A program made the translations under genes and the position numbers. A stretch of 64,000 nucleotides of DNA, from the NCBI GenBank assembly GCA_964016885.1, contig OZ024743.1, positions 228,098,001-228,162,000 of the forward strand. The letters run 5' to 3'. The DNA comes from Eledone cirrhosa (lineage: Eukaryota). The notes below the pieces were generated by a model, which was not told the origin of the DNA, did not search any database, and was given only the letters and a program-made list of their open reading frames with translations. Shown here one piece after another: positions 1 through 17,392 of this stretch (positions are counted from its first letter, which is position 1; each line of letters begins with the position of its first letter).

Positions 1-720
1 ATGGTGATCGATGCGTAAGATATGTGATCACGCTAAATCGGGTTAATTACAATGCTGATCAATTCATATCCAGCTCTTTATTTTTGAGATTAAATGCATC
101 AATCTCTAAACACTGAGCGAAATAAGTAGCCGAAAGAAATTTAATCACACCCCTGACCATCTTTCCCGCCACACAGACGCACACCAAGATAGATGGATGG
201 TTAGAAAGAAGCGGGGAAGGTAGTGAGGGGTGGAATATGACTACCAAGTTGAAATAAAACAAATACGTTTCAAATTTAATGCAAAACTAACAGGTGACAT
301 AGCAATTAATATATATGGATTTGGACATATTTCTTAGAATCACAAAAGTAATCTATTACGACAGTCAATATTAAATGCTCGACTTTTTCTGATTAACCTA
401 GACTACAACACTACAACATATTTAAACTGGATCGCTTCTTGTACCTGACTGCATCGATTAAATCGAAACAGGATTTTCTTGCACCCGAATGTAATCGATT
501 AGATCAGGTTAATTCTATTGGCATTATCGTTGAACCTTGAGCAAATTGATCGATTGGCATCGATTCTTTAGAAAAGTCGACAAAACATTGTTAACTGATA
601 GCATATTGGAATGTCACAAGCGCCTATAGAAGCCAGTCCGAAAATGTTCTCAAACATTTCAAAATAGAAAAACAAACTAGAAATTTGATCCGATATAATT
701 TTTTTATTACATTCTTATAG

Positions 721-932
721 GGTGGTAAACTTGGCAGAATCTTTCGAGCGTCGGACAAAAAGCTTCTCAATATTTTTTGGTGGTCTTTTGAATTCAAATC
801 TCACCTATGTCAACTTTGCCTCTCATCCTCCTGGCGTTAATAAAATAAAGTACCAATCAAGTACTGGAACTGAGCTAATCAACTTCTTCACCCCCCCCCC
901 CATTATTGGCCTTGTGTCTAAATTACAAATCA
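721..932 (+). mobile_element. tRNA-headed SINE, family 1 (diverged copy)
   Basis: A-box-like TGGCAGAATC and B-box-like GAATTCAAATC. Central CTTTGCCTCTCATCC...AATAAAGTACC and 3' TGGCCTTGTG..AAA motifs are shared with copies at 2167, 42652, 55556 and 63698. Confidence 0.75.
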
Positions 933-950
933 TCAGTGGATGTTCATGGA

Positions 951-1088
951 ATTGGTAGAATCATTAAAACATCGGACAAAAAATATGCAGTATGCGGCTC
1001 TTTACTTTCTAAGTTAAAATTCCGGTGTCGATTATTTCCCTTCCTCATAAATTTGCTGGCCTTGTGCATAAATGTGAAACCATTATTA
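951..1088 (+). mobile_element. SINE family 1, internally deleted copy in tandem with 721-932
   Basis: TGGTAGAATC...CGGACAAAA head and AATTTGCTGGCCTTGTG...GAAACCATTATTA tail; central domain missing. Confidence 0.65.
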
Positions 1089-1858
1089 CCTTCTTCGGAT
1101 TGGCGTGTTACTGAACAGTAGCCCAAATGCTTTCTTTTATTCACTTAGTTTTTTTTTTTCTTTTTCAGAATATTAAAAAATAGTTTTCGATTGACTAATC
1201 GTCAAAAATCATGGTAAACACGCAAACATAATAAATTAGATTATGTTTGACGAAAAAATATTTTTTTTTAAATTCATGTGTTTGGTAGTACTTAGTATAA
1301 AATGGAAAATCTCGTGGTTTAAAGTCAAAAAGATCAAAGAGAATATTCGAGAAATAGAAACAAAATATTGAAAAAAAACTATAATAATAATAATAATAAA
1401 CAAAAACAACAGATCGATGGAAACAAAGATATAAAAAAAGGTTTCAGTAAAGGAATGATTATTCCTAATCTTATGCATAAGAGGAAAAATTGATTTCTCC
1501 CCTCGCCCCCTCATCAAAATCGAACATAGTGAGAAATATTTTAAATTTTTTCCTTTCAATTCTTCATTTGAAAAAAGAAAGTACTTTGTCATTGCAAGAA
1601 GTGATAAAGGTAGTGAGGTGTCAGAAACGGTATGGTATGAAGAGAGCAACAGATTTCTGAAAGTAGCTCATAATATTTAGTTTAGTTGTATTGTAAATTA
1701 CTTGCATCTGGCCAACACTGATTGACATAAGCTTTTCATTTCTCTCGAATCATTGTAGAAGTTATTCGGTAGCAAATTGGCAGACTCCTTAGGACGTCGG
1801 AGTAAATATCTCCGTATCGACATTTTAAAACCTGGTGGAGCCATATCCTATCCAGGTC

Positions 1859-1861
<3 letters not shown>

Positions 1862-1955
<94 letters not shown>
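1862..1955. repeat. (TG)n microsatellite
   Basis: Pure TG run. Confidence 0.98.
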
Positions 1956-1956
<1 letters not shown>

Positions 1957-1963
1957 TTATTAT

Positions 1964-2140
1964 TATAAAAATTACTTCTACAAGACTAGAACATTTTCAT
2001 TCGTAAAAATGATTTATTACGAATGAAGCCAATCTGGCCCAGTAGAGCTCTATAAAAACTGAAGATGTCTATACTCTACTAACATATTGAGTCCATTTTG
2101 TAGCTCTGGTCACCTTCCGATATACATCGAGAATCCACTA
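1964..2140 (+). mobile_element. Palindrome+tail element, family B (decayed HHR-bearing PLE-like remnant)
   Basis: Imperfect inverted repeat TTACTTCTACAAGACTAGAACATTTTCATTCG...CGAATGAAGCCAATCTGGCCCAGTAGAG. The tail contains CTATACTCTAC..ATATTGAGT..CGAGAATC and is homologous to 52106-52301 and 56405-56722. Lies between (TG)n and (TA)n. Confidence 0.6.
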
Positions 2141-2166
2141 TTTTATATATATATATATATATACAT

Positions 2167-2348
2167 AATTGTTTCTACTTTTTTGGCACAAGGCCAGCAA
2201 TTACCCCAGTGTATTACTGGTACTTTATTTTATCGATCCCGTAAGGATGAAAGGCAAAGTTAACCTAGGCGGGATTTGAACTCAGAATGGCAAGGGCCGT
2301 AACTCTTTGCTGCAAATCATGGCTTCAGAACCTTTACCGATACTGCCA
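2167..2348 (-). mobile_element. SINE family 1 (well-preserved subfamily)
   Basis: Minus strand reads TGGCAGTATCGG (A box) ... GAGTTCAAATCCCGCC (B box) ... CTTTGCCTTTCATCCTTACGGGATCGATAAAATAAAGTACCAG ... GCTGGCCTTGTGCC. Closely similar to 42652-42830 and 55556-55735. Confidence 0.85.
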
Positions 2349-2558
2349 TCGACAATAGTTGGAAATAACTAACAGTCTATTGTTAGTAAATAATAGCTTC
2401 GAAAATCGGATAAACCCCCTACCGGCAGAATCCACATGATGATGAAAGTATAGAAATGTTGATTATGGGTAGAGGACACTTATTCCAATCAGCTCCAAAG
2501 GACTCACAAGGAAATGAAATAGGAAAAAAAAAGTCTTTAACAAAGCATACACACACGC

Positions 2559-2664
<106 letters not shown>

Positions 2665-3133
2665 ATGGGGGAAGGACGGAGAAGGAGAAGAGAGGTGGAG
2701 GAGAGATTTAATTAGTGTCTAATTTGATAATGCGCGCACGAATACGCATACACATAGAATAGTTATTTAGATTTAGTCGTGCGGGCGCGTACACACACAC
2801 ACACACAAAGGCAAGCATAAAAATTAAGATAATCTATTCACGTCCAAGAGACGAATGCTTAATTGGGCATTTTACCATCCTTCAAAGCTATACGTATCTA
2901 AAACCTTTCACCCTTTTCTTCACGATACGAGACGAAAATCTAAAATAGTTTCAAAAACAAGTCTCAGATATCACAGCTGATGGATGGTTATCAGTGATGT
3001 TATGGAAAAGTCAGTTACGGCTATTTACCCAACAATGATACAACTACGCGATATCACACAGCAGCTGTTTACAGATAACTTAGCCAAGTAGTTCCTTTTA
3101 CTCAAACCAATAAGGATTTCGTATTGTGACTAT

Positions 3134-3322
3134 TTAACCCCTTTAACACAAAACTGCCTAAAATCTCCCTTCGTTCGACGATACAAAAGTGTTCGTTTTA
3201 AAGATTTTTTATCCATTTAAAAAAAACCTTCCATCAGTAAACTATGTAAGCAACTTTGTTAATGTGGTCGTTATATGACTAATATCTGTCTTTTGTGAGA
3301 AATATAGCAACGAAAGGGTTAA
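3134..3322. mobile_element. piggyBac-type MITE (TTAA target sites, CCC...GGG termini)
   Basis: TTAA-CCCCTTT at 3134 and AAAGGG-TTAA ending at 3322. A second copy in inverted orientation at 62184-62442 shares both terminal regions. Confidence 0.6.
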
Positions 3323-3574
3323 CTAGTGACTGTAAGGAATCTGCCATTTCAATGTGCGACACATTAGTTTCAGAAAAAGAAGCTTTGTTGTGGGTTATCT
3401 ACGATATCTCAGCAGACTTTTTCTTTTATTTGTTTACTACTGATTCCAGTCATCAGACTACGGTCATGCTGGGGTACCAACTTAAAATACATCATATCGA
3501 AACAGTACTTATCTAACCGATATCTTTTTCTTCTGTCAAACTGCAACGCTAAAGGTCAAGCACACACACACATT

Positions 3575-3678
3575 ATATCATATATATATTATATCACACA
3601 TTATATCATATATATATATACATACATACATATATATATATATAAATACATATATATACATACATACATATACATACA

Positions 3679-3712
<34 letters not shown>

Positions 3713-4101
3713 AATACATATATATATATATATATGTATTTATATATACATACATACATACATACATACATACATAAATATACATACATACACATACATA
3801 CATATATATATATATATACATACATACATACATATACATACATACATACATACATATATATATACATATACATACATATATATATATACATACATATATA
3901 TATACATACATATATATATATACATACATATATATATATACATACATATATATATATATACATACATATATATATACATACATATATATATACATACATA
4001 TATACATACATATATATATACATACATACATACATACATATATACATATACATACATATATACATACATATATACATATACATACATATATATATACATA
4101 C

Positions 4102-4136
<35 letters not shown>

Positions 4137-4666
4137 CATACATATATATATACATACATATATATATATACATACATATATATATATACATACATACATA
4201 CATACATACATACATACATACATACACATACATACATATATATATACATACATATATACATACATATATATATACATACATATATACATACATATATATA
4301 TACATACATATATACATACATATATATATACATACATATATATATATACATACATACATATATATATACATACATACATACATATATATATATATACATA
4401 CATATATATATATATAAATACATACATACATATATATATAAATACATACATACATATATATATAAATACATACATACATATATATATAAATACATACATA
4501 CATATATATATAAATACATACATACATATATATATAAATACATACATACATATATATATAAATACATACATACATATATATATAAATACATACATACATA
4601 TATATATAAATACATACATACATATATATATAAATACATACATACATATATATATATACATACATA

Positions 4667-4698
<32 letters not shown>

Positions 4699-4707
4699 CA
4701 TATATAC

Positions 4708-4738
<31 letters not shown>

Positions 4739-4829
4739 CATACATACATATATATATATATACATACATACATATATATATACATATATATATATACATA
4801 CATATATATATATACATACATATATATAT

Positions 4830-4870
<41 letters not shown>

Positions 4871-4933
4871 CATACACACATATATATACATACATACATA
4901 CATATATATACATACATACATACATATATATAT

Positions 4934-5030
<97 letters not shown>

Positions 5031-5245
5031 CATACATATATATATATACATACATATATATATATACATACATATATATATATACATACATATATATATA
5101 TACATACATATATATATATACATACATATATATATATACATACATATATATATATACATACATATATATATATACATACATATATATATACATACATATA
5201 TATATACATACATATATATATACATACATATATATATACATACAT
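3575..5245. repeat. Compound (TA)n/(TACA)n array with a 24-bp higher-order block at ~4417-4650
   Basis: TA/TACA mosaic with about ten consecutive copies of AATACATACATACATATATATATA. Confidence 0.97.
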
Positions 5246-5260
5246 ATATTTATTAAAATA

Positions 5261-5336
5261 ACAGATTAAAGTTTAAGCAAAGAATCGCTGCTTTCACCCT
5301 TAACGGGATCTTCTGAAACTAACAAAGTCAATCTGT
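5261..5336 (-). ncRNA. Extended type-I hammerhead-like motif (mirror copy in the left arm)
   Basis: Reverse complement of 6047-6122, including the CAGAAGA variant core. Confidence 0.55.
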
Positions 5337-6046
5337 AAACGCAGAACTGGATATTTCAAAAAACGTTGCAACCGGAGGAAGACAGGAAGACGATACTTTG
5401 GTTCGTGGTAACGTTCGCTGGCAAAGAACGGGAAAAAACGAATAATACGTCATTAATAGGAGCGGTGAAAAACAATTACGCGCAAAGACAAAACCACATT
5501 TATGGTATAAAAGAGGTCGTAGACTAATGTTTTCTTAGGTGGTGCATAGAGACGTTCTCTGGCAATGACCGAAAAAACGAAGATAATAAGTCATATGTGG
5601 AGCGTGGAGAACAATAGCACGCAAAGACAAAACCACGTAAATGGTATAGCAGAAATCGTAGACTAAAATTCTAACTTGGAGACCAAATGAATCTCCGCTA
5701 CCTCCTAGTTAGAATTTTAGTCTACGATTTCTGCTATACCATTTACGTGGTTTTTGTCTTTGCGTGCTATTGTTCTCTACGCTCCACATATGACTTATTA
5801 TCTTCGTTTTTTCGGTTATTGCCAGAGAACGTCTCTATGCACCACCTAAGAGAACATTAGTCTACGACCTCTTTTATAACATAAACGTGGTTTTGTCTTT
5901 GCGCGTAATTGTTTTTCACCGCTCCTATTAATGACGTATTATTCGTTTTTTCCCGTTCTTTGCCAGCGAACGTTACCACGAACAAAGGATCGTCTTCCTG
6001 TCTTCCTCCGGTTGCAACGTTTTTTTAAATATCCACTTCTGCGTTT

Positions 6047-6122
6047 ACAGATTGACTTTGTTAGTTTCAGAAGATCCCGTTAAGGGTGAAAGCAGCGATT
6101 CTTTGCTTAAACTTTAATCTGT
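6047..6122 (+). ncRNA. Extended type-I hammerhead-like motif with U4A core variant
   Basis: Distal stem I ACAGATTGA/TTAATCTGT with a 7-nt bulge CTTTGTT; proximal stem I AGTTT/AAACT; core CAGAAGA (6068-6074); stem II CCC-GTTAA-GGG; GAAA (6088-6091); stem III AGCA/TGCT; predicted cleavage after CUU (6108). Confidence 0.55.
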
Positions 6123-6225
6123 TATTTTAATAAATATTTGCTCTACGGTTCTTATATATTTGATATATATTTATCCTTATCGAGCCCTCTTTGGATTTTA
6201 GTCTTCAATTTTATTATTATTACTA

Positions 6226-11145
<4,920 letters not shown>

Positions 11146-11756
11146 TGGTGGCTGCCAACTCGTTTTCGAGTACGGCCACTACTTTATATCCATGTAGGAG
11201 AACCCCTACTGATGCGCTGAACGAGTGTGACTTTTTAGTCCAGCCAGCGACTTGAAAGCTCTGGTACAAACACTACACTTGTGACAATTATTGACACATA
11301 GTGCTGGGCCCATGGTACCATGTGACGACAAATGCAGTGAGATCTCCAGATATAAAGCAATGCCTGTGCCGTGAAGCTTTTATAGTGAGCAAAGGCACTG
11401 CACAAAGCCAGTCCCACTCTCTTAACCAAGATGATATTTACCAAAAAGAAGAACAAGTCAACATCATTGGATACCATCAGGGTTGCAGGTGTTATATCAG
11501 AGTTTTCCTTCTCCTAGAATTCTGCCTTGACAAAGGCTAAGGGATCATCTCTCCCGGTGATTTTGGATGGGCATTGACTCTTAAGAGCTCCTTTGCCTTT
11601 TGACAGGTTTTGTTTTTAGTCCTGCAGGATGTCCAAAGTCACCCTCCTCACCAAGAAACCTTGGTGGGGTTGCCAGTTTAGTCGCCAACGACCCGACCAT
11701 GGGACAGGTTGTACTGGAATACATGTTACCAGTAGCACCAACTGGTGCTACTGGTA
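11146..11756 (-). mobile_element. Non-autonomous RTE-LINE-derived element, copy 1
   Basis: Highly similar to 22027-22500 and 30734-31340. The minus strand encodes [23 protein letters not shown] (C2H2 finger, typical of RTE ORF C-termini), then a CTCG-AAAA-CGAG hairpin and a microsatellite tail. It contains AGGAGAAGGAAAACTCTGA, recalled from RTE 5' UTRs. No RT or endonuclease. Confidence 0.8.
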
Positions 11757-11773
11757 TATATATAGTATATATA

Positions 11774-11805
<32 letters not shown>

Positions 11806-11807
11806 CA

Positions 11808-11853
<46 letters not shown>

Positions 11854-11855
11854 CA

Positions 11856-11901
<46 letters not shown>

Positions 11902-12466
11902 CATATATATATACATACATATATATATATATATATATACATAAATACATATATATATATATATACATACATACATACATATACATACATATATATATAC
12001 ATACATATATATATATATACATACATATACATACATACATATATATATACATACATATACATACATACATATATATATACATACATACATATACATACAT
12101 ATATATATACATACATATATATATATGTATGTATATATATATATATGTATGTATATATATATGTACGTATGTATATATATACATACATACATACATATAT
12201 ATATATACATACATACATACATACATATATACATACATACATATATATATATATACACATATATATATATACATATATACACACATATATACATATACAT
12301 ATATACATATATACACATATATATATATACATATATACACACATATATACATATACATATATACATATATACACATATATATATACATATATACATATAT
12401 ACATATATACACATATATATATATACATATATACATATATATATATACACATATATATACATATAT

Positions 12467-12500
<34 letters not shown>
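11757..12500. repeat. (TA)n/(TACA)n array
   Basis: Direct inspection. Confidence 0.97.
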
Positions 12501-12503
<3 letters not shown>

Positions 12504-12571
12504 GGGGTTCTGTAGTTTCCATCTATTAGATTTCATACTCAAACTATTTATTCTACCCGAGGCTACAGTAT

Positions 12572-12666
12572 AAGACGCTTGCCCAAAGTTCCGTTCAGTG
12601 AGACTGAATACGAATCTTCATGGTTGCTAAGTGCACTACTTAACCACACAGCTATGCCTGCGCCTA
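12572..12666 (-). mobile_element. tRNA-headed CORE-like SINE 5' fragment
   Basis: Minus strand AGGCGCAGGCATAGCTGTGTGGTTAAG...TTCAGTCTCACTG...CTTTGGGCAAGCGTCTT; CTTGGGCAAG is the CORE-domain-like motif. Confidence 0.6.
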
Positions 12667-12824
12667 GGTCTACATGAAGCGCACAGTTCACCTCATATAT
12701 AGTATACTAGGGTGACACGTAAATATTTACCTTCGTGTTGGAAACTGTTTCTTATATATTGCCAATCACCCATCTCTAATCAGACAAGAATTGAAATGAA
12801 AGCACACAGAATTTTCCTTCCTTC

Positions 12825-12871
<47 letters not shown>

Positions 12872-14882
12872 ATACATATAAACATATTCACATGTACACA
12901 TATACACATATTTGTTCTACGAAAGTTTCTAGAGGTCAAGGAATGCAGGCCATTCATCCGCACACGGACACAGAGGTCAAGCGGGCATGAGACCCATTAG
13001 CAGCAGTAATGAACTTCCTTTTTTTTTTACTCCGCCACTCGCTCGAACCTTATCTGAAAGGATAAACAAGGTTAAGGGTCTGATATCAGCTGTCGCCCCC
13101 TTTAAAAGGCACGTTCCCTATTTAGCCGTTAATATCTACCGTGTTGTGCCTACTGTTTAGTTTTCAGAACATTCTGTCAAAGATTAAATAAAAGAAAGAA
13201 GAAAAATCCCTTTATGGCAGGCAACATATACTTTCCACTACCATGTCCGCCGACTCTCAAATTGCACCCCTAAAAAAGAATTCCTTTTTAGTCAAGCTTG
13301 TGAAAATAATTGTTTCTTTACACAGCCATGGATCCTCCTGGTATAAATTATATTTTTTAAGCAAAAGTGGGAATGGGAGGTTGTAATGTTCAAATCTACC
13401 CAAAGGTAAAGAAAATCAAACTAGCCTTAAACCCTTACTCTTCATTATTCATGTTAAAATCATAATGGAATGAATAAGGTTTCTCTGAATTAGGTACGAA
13501 GCAGCTTTGATTTAAGCTTCTTATTTAGTGGGATACGAATAAAATTCCAACTAAGTAAGGATTTTAAGAATTCGCCAAACACAGTTTATCCACTCGGTTA
13601 TTCTACTCACACCAAAGACCATACTGAATAATAAATGAGCAAGTAGTGCGAGCTATTTATAAATTATGACAACAAGAATTTGGGGCTCGTTTGGGGAGGG
13701 AATTTATTTCATTTGTGAAGGTTTCATATTTCGGACATAATAGACAGAAAGGCAGCTTTCCCAAGTTAAACTTTGCTAATATTTGTTTGAACCAGATGAG
13801 CATCTTAAGATTTATTTTATTGAATGCACATACTGGTGGGGGAAAGAAAGAGAGAAAGAGAGCTTCGTTTTCTTTTCTTCTCTTGTCAAACAACAATATT
13901 AACAGTTCTCTTAGAAGGACTCTACCATCTTCACTACCTTACACCCCCTACCTATACTTATCAGGGCTCTTTTCCGGAGGAATATGATTTCTAGCTCAGC
14001 AATAGCAGTTAGCTAAAGCCAGACGTTTACCAACGACTAAGAGCTGAGAATGAGGCGGTAAAGTAGTTTGAGAAGGTTAAACAAAACCGGATTTTTCCGT
14101 ATCGATTATGCATGTTTGTTTTTCAGATGGATGTGAGGATTGCATACAGATTTGTGGAGACTTTATTTATTCAAGGTTTAAACACTGCAACGATCTTGAA
14201 TGTAATATAAGTGTGTGGAGTGGGTGGAGGAGGGGAGAAGAATAAGAAACTGTGTGGAAAGAAGCCTTAAACGATCTGTAGATTTTACTGGCTCAACTTA
14301 CAGCATTGTGAAACCTGGTTAAAACAACAAACAAAACTCTCGCATATACCTTGTATTAAGATAGAAATGAATCTATGGCAGATAATGACAGGTCGACAGC
14401 ATTAAATATTAAATTTAACCCATTGGCTTCCTCATTAATTACGAAAACCAAATACCGTTTATAATAGGCTTTCTATAACATTTCTAATATCCACAACACC
14501 ACCACCAACAAAGAAACATTTCCAACACAATGTTAATAACAGGAATGGGTGGACGGATGAAGGAGTTGTTGGAGGACATAGTCGGAGATCGAAGAGAGGA
14601 AAGGTTTTGTCAGATTAAATCTTTGTCTCTTTCTATAATGTCTCCGGCATATCTTCGAAGAATGCTGATAATTTGAGGGGAAAAAAATGAAAGTTACAGT
14701 TTACACTTCTGCAGCTTTAGTTGGCCTTCCACGAACCTGCATCTCATAGGTTTCCTGGATACTTTAATGATGAGGGCACCAATCTTATCATGAAAAGCAA
14801 CGTGAAATGAATCAACTTGCTCCCATTCCTCGACAATTTTGTTGGTTTATGTCTAAATTAGAAATCCTTGCCCTAAAGCAGT

Positions 14883-15040
14883 GGATTAGCATAATCGGTA
14901 CAGCATCGGACAATATGCTTTACGACATTTAGGTCCTGAGTTCAAAACCCGCATCGATAAATTAAAGTCATGTATTGGTTTCATTTCTCCTCCACTGAAA
15001 TTGCTGGCCTTGTGCCAAAAGTAGAAACATTATTATTATT
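14883..15040 (+). mobile_element. SINE family 1 (diverged, partly deleted)
   Basis: TCGGACAA head, GAGTTCAAAACCCGC B box, ATTGCTGGCCTTGTGCCAAAAGTAGAAACATTATT tail. Confidence 0.7.
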
Positions 15041-15075
15041 ATCATTCGAGAAATAACAGTTTACAAATGTAGAAA

Positions 15076-15110
<35 letters not shown>

Positions 15111-16649
15111 GAGAAATAACAGTTTACAAATGTATGACTCATTTAGTGTTGTGCCATCTTTAACTAAATGACGGCTGACAAAAAAAATAAAATCAACAAA
15201 TTCAACACGCACATATATACATCATAACACATACATATACATCATAACACATACATATAACCAGCATAGAACATATATATATACATATATATCATGATAG
15301 AATTTAAAAAATATATATATGCGAAAATAAATGATGCCATAAAAAGAATAGGAGAATGAATTCCGAAATGACATCGTCAAATCGTTGCAGTAACTTATGC
15401 AACGTTGTGCCAATACCAATAAAAGACACTCATTATCTAGGAGTCAAAAAATAAAGAAAGAAAAAAGATATTTCCCAGCTAAAACCTTATAACTCAACAT
15501 AAAAATAAAAAAAATAGAAATAATTACTACAACCCATTCCCCCACCCCGCAAAAACCAACGACATGGGCATTATTAAACTCTTCTATTTGTTTAGTAAAA
15601 TCTCCGTATAACTTCGTATAACCACGACGTATATGGACGATGATTGACAAGCACTTGGTCCTAAGGTGAAGAATCGGGGAAACGACAATATAAACGGGAT
15701 GAAGCTTGGATTTAAACAAACAAATAAACGAATCAACCAAAAAATAGAAGGAAAAAAAAAATAACGAAAACAAAAGAATTAAGGTCTCTCAAAGCTAATA
15801 AGTCAAGATGAATTTGGCTTTTAATATCATCCTTTACTTCTTCCGTCATACAGTAAAAAAGATAAGAAACAAATATGAAAAAAAAATCAAAAAGAAAGGA
15901 TTTCCAGTTATTTTGTATATAAGTTTTCTCTTTTCATTTCTGAACCTTTCCACCTAGACCCAATGTTTCTCCCCTCTACCTTCTTCAATAAATCATCCCA
16001 AGTTAAAAATTCCAAGGGAAACCCCATAGAAATAAGTTCAATAACCAGCTCATCAATCAAATCTTACTGTTTCGAAATCTCTTTCCTTCTGTCTGTATCG
16101 GCCCCCGAACAATAAAACAAATGCCCCACGCTACCCACTTCTGCTACCAAAAAACAAAATAATAAAATTAAATTAAAAATACACCGGCTCCACCCCAAAC
16201 AACATCAACAACATTATTATACTTATTTGCAAGCAAGTGAAAGGAATTTACCTTATTAAAGTGGTAGACAGAATCTTTTAGCCCAGGTTTTTAAAATAAA
16301 CCATTCCCAGTGCCTATGTCCCACCGAAGGCTTGGTAAGGGTGTTCTCCCGCCGCTAGGGACTATGTAACACTCACTGAAGTTTGGCAGGCATGTTCCCT
16401 AATTTCTTCATGCTACATTGATACTAGTCAACAATCTATGCGGATTTTACATTACAACATAGAGTTTAAACCAGTGCTTGTGTTAAAGGTGAAAGGTAAG
16501 AAGATAGACTTCTCGCTATCTTTCCCATCTTTTTTCCCCCACAACCAATCTCCCTAGAAAGAAGTATAAACATCGCGATCCCACAATCCTTTGGAATGGA
16601 AAAAATTACTATTTATAAGTAACACCTATACAGGTTTAGCTAGTCCTTA

Positions 16650-16790
16650 GGAGGTTTCATCTCATAGGAGACTTATCGTGGAAAGTAACGTGAAATATAA
16701 CGTCTTGTTCAAGAACGTACTGCACAGACCGGTCCAGGAATCAAATGGGTTACCTTATGATCATGAGTTCAACATTCCAATCTTTGAACA
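16650..16790 (-). mobile_element. CORE-like SINE family 2 fragment
   Basis: GTGAAAT..CGTCTTGTTCAAGAAC...CCGGTCCAGGAATC...TATGATCATGAGTTCAACA matches copies at 25715, 41215 and 44175. Confidence 0.65.
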
Positions 16791-17190
16791 AAGTCTCAAA
16801 AAGAAATACAATATTCTAGTTGTATCTTTTAAAACTAAATAGCCACTAAAAACTTCTCATCAATCCCGCGCCCAAAAAAAGAATGTCAATTTGAAGTGTA
16901 TGAGGCGGGTGGAGGGTTAACGCATCGTCAAAGGGGTCTTTAGATCTAGAGATAAGCAAATTTAATGATTGAGTCTCGAGGCCAATGTTTACGTCTACTG
17001 TATGGATTGACGTCCAACTCGGTTGGCCATACTCTTTTTTTCCCTTCCTTTTCATTTCGTGAGCACTGCCCCAATACAGATGTTTGTTTGCATTTTGGCA
17101 AGTGTTCGTCAAGTTTTCAACACCTGGGTATTAAAAAGAAATTCACACACACACACTTAACTGGTTATCAGCACGGACTACTTAGCAAAT

Positions 17191-17392
<202 letters not shown>

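Larger units (their letters stand above)
5246..6225 (+). mobile_element. 892-bp foldback (431-bp arms, 30-nt spacer) plus ~88-nt unpaired tail; probable Penelope-like element remnant with an inverted pseudo-LTR
   Basis: 5246-5676 is the reverse complement of 5707-6137, with about ten differences by eye. HHR-like folds lie at both outer ends and AATAAA is at 6129. The unique tail 6138-6225 is followed by microsatellite. Confidence 0.75.

Noticed and set aside
11235-11540. Repeated 70-100 aa ORFs in the three ~600-bp elements as a host gene family
   Set aside because: Frames differ between copies. Only the short terminal C2H2 remnant is recognisable, and it fits a retrotransposon origin.
12932-12981. 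Two GAGGTCAAG nuclear-receptor-like half sites
   Set aside because: The spacing of ~40 bp fits no response-element geometry and could occur by chance.
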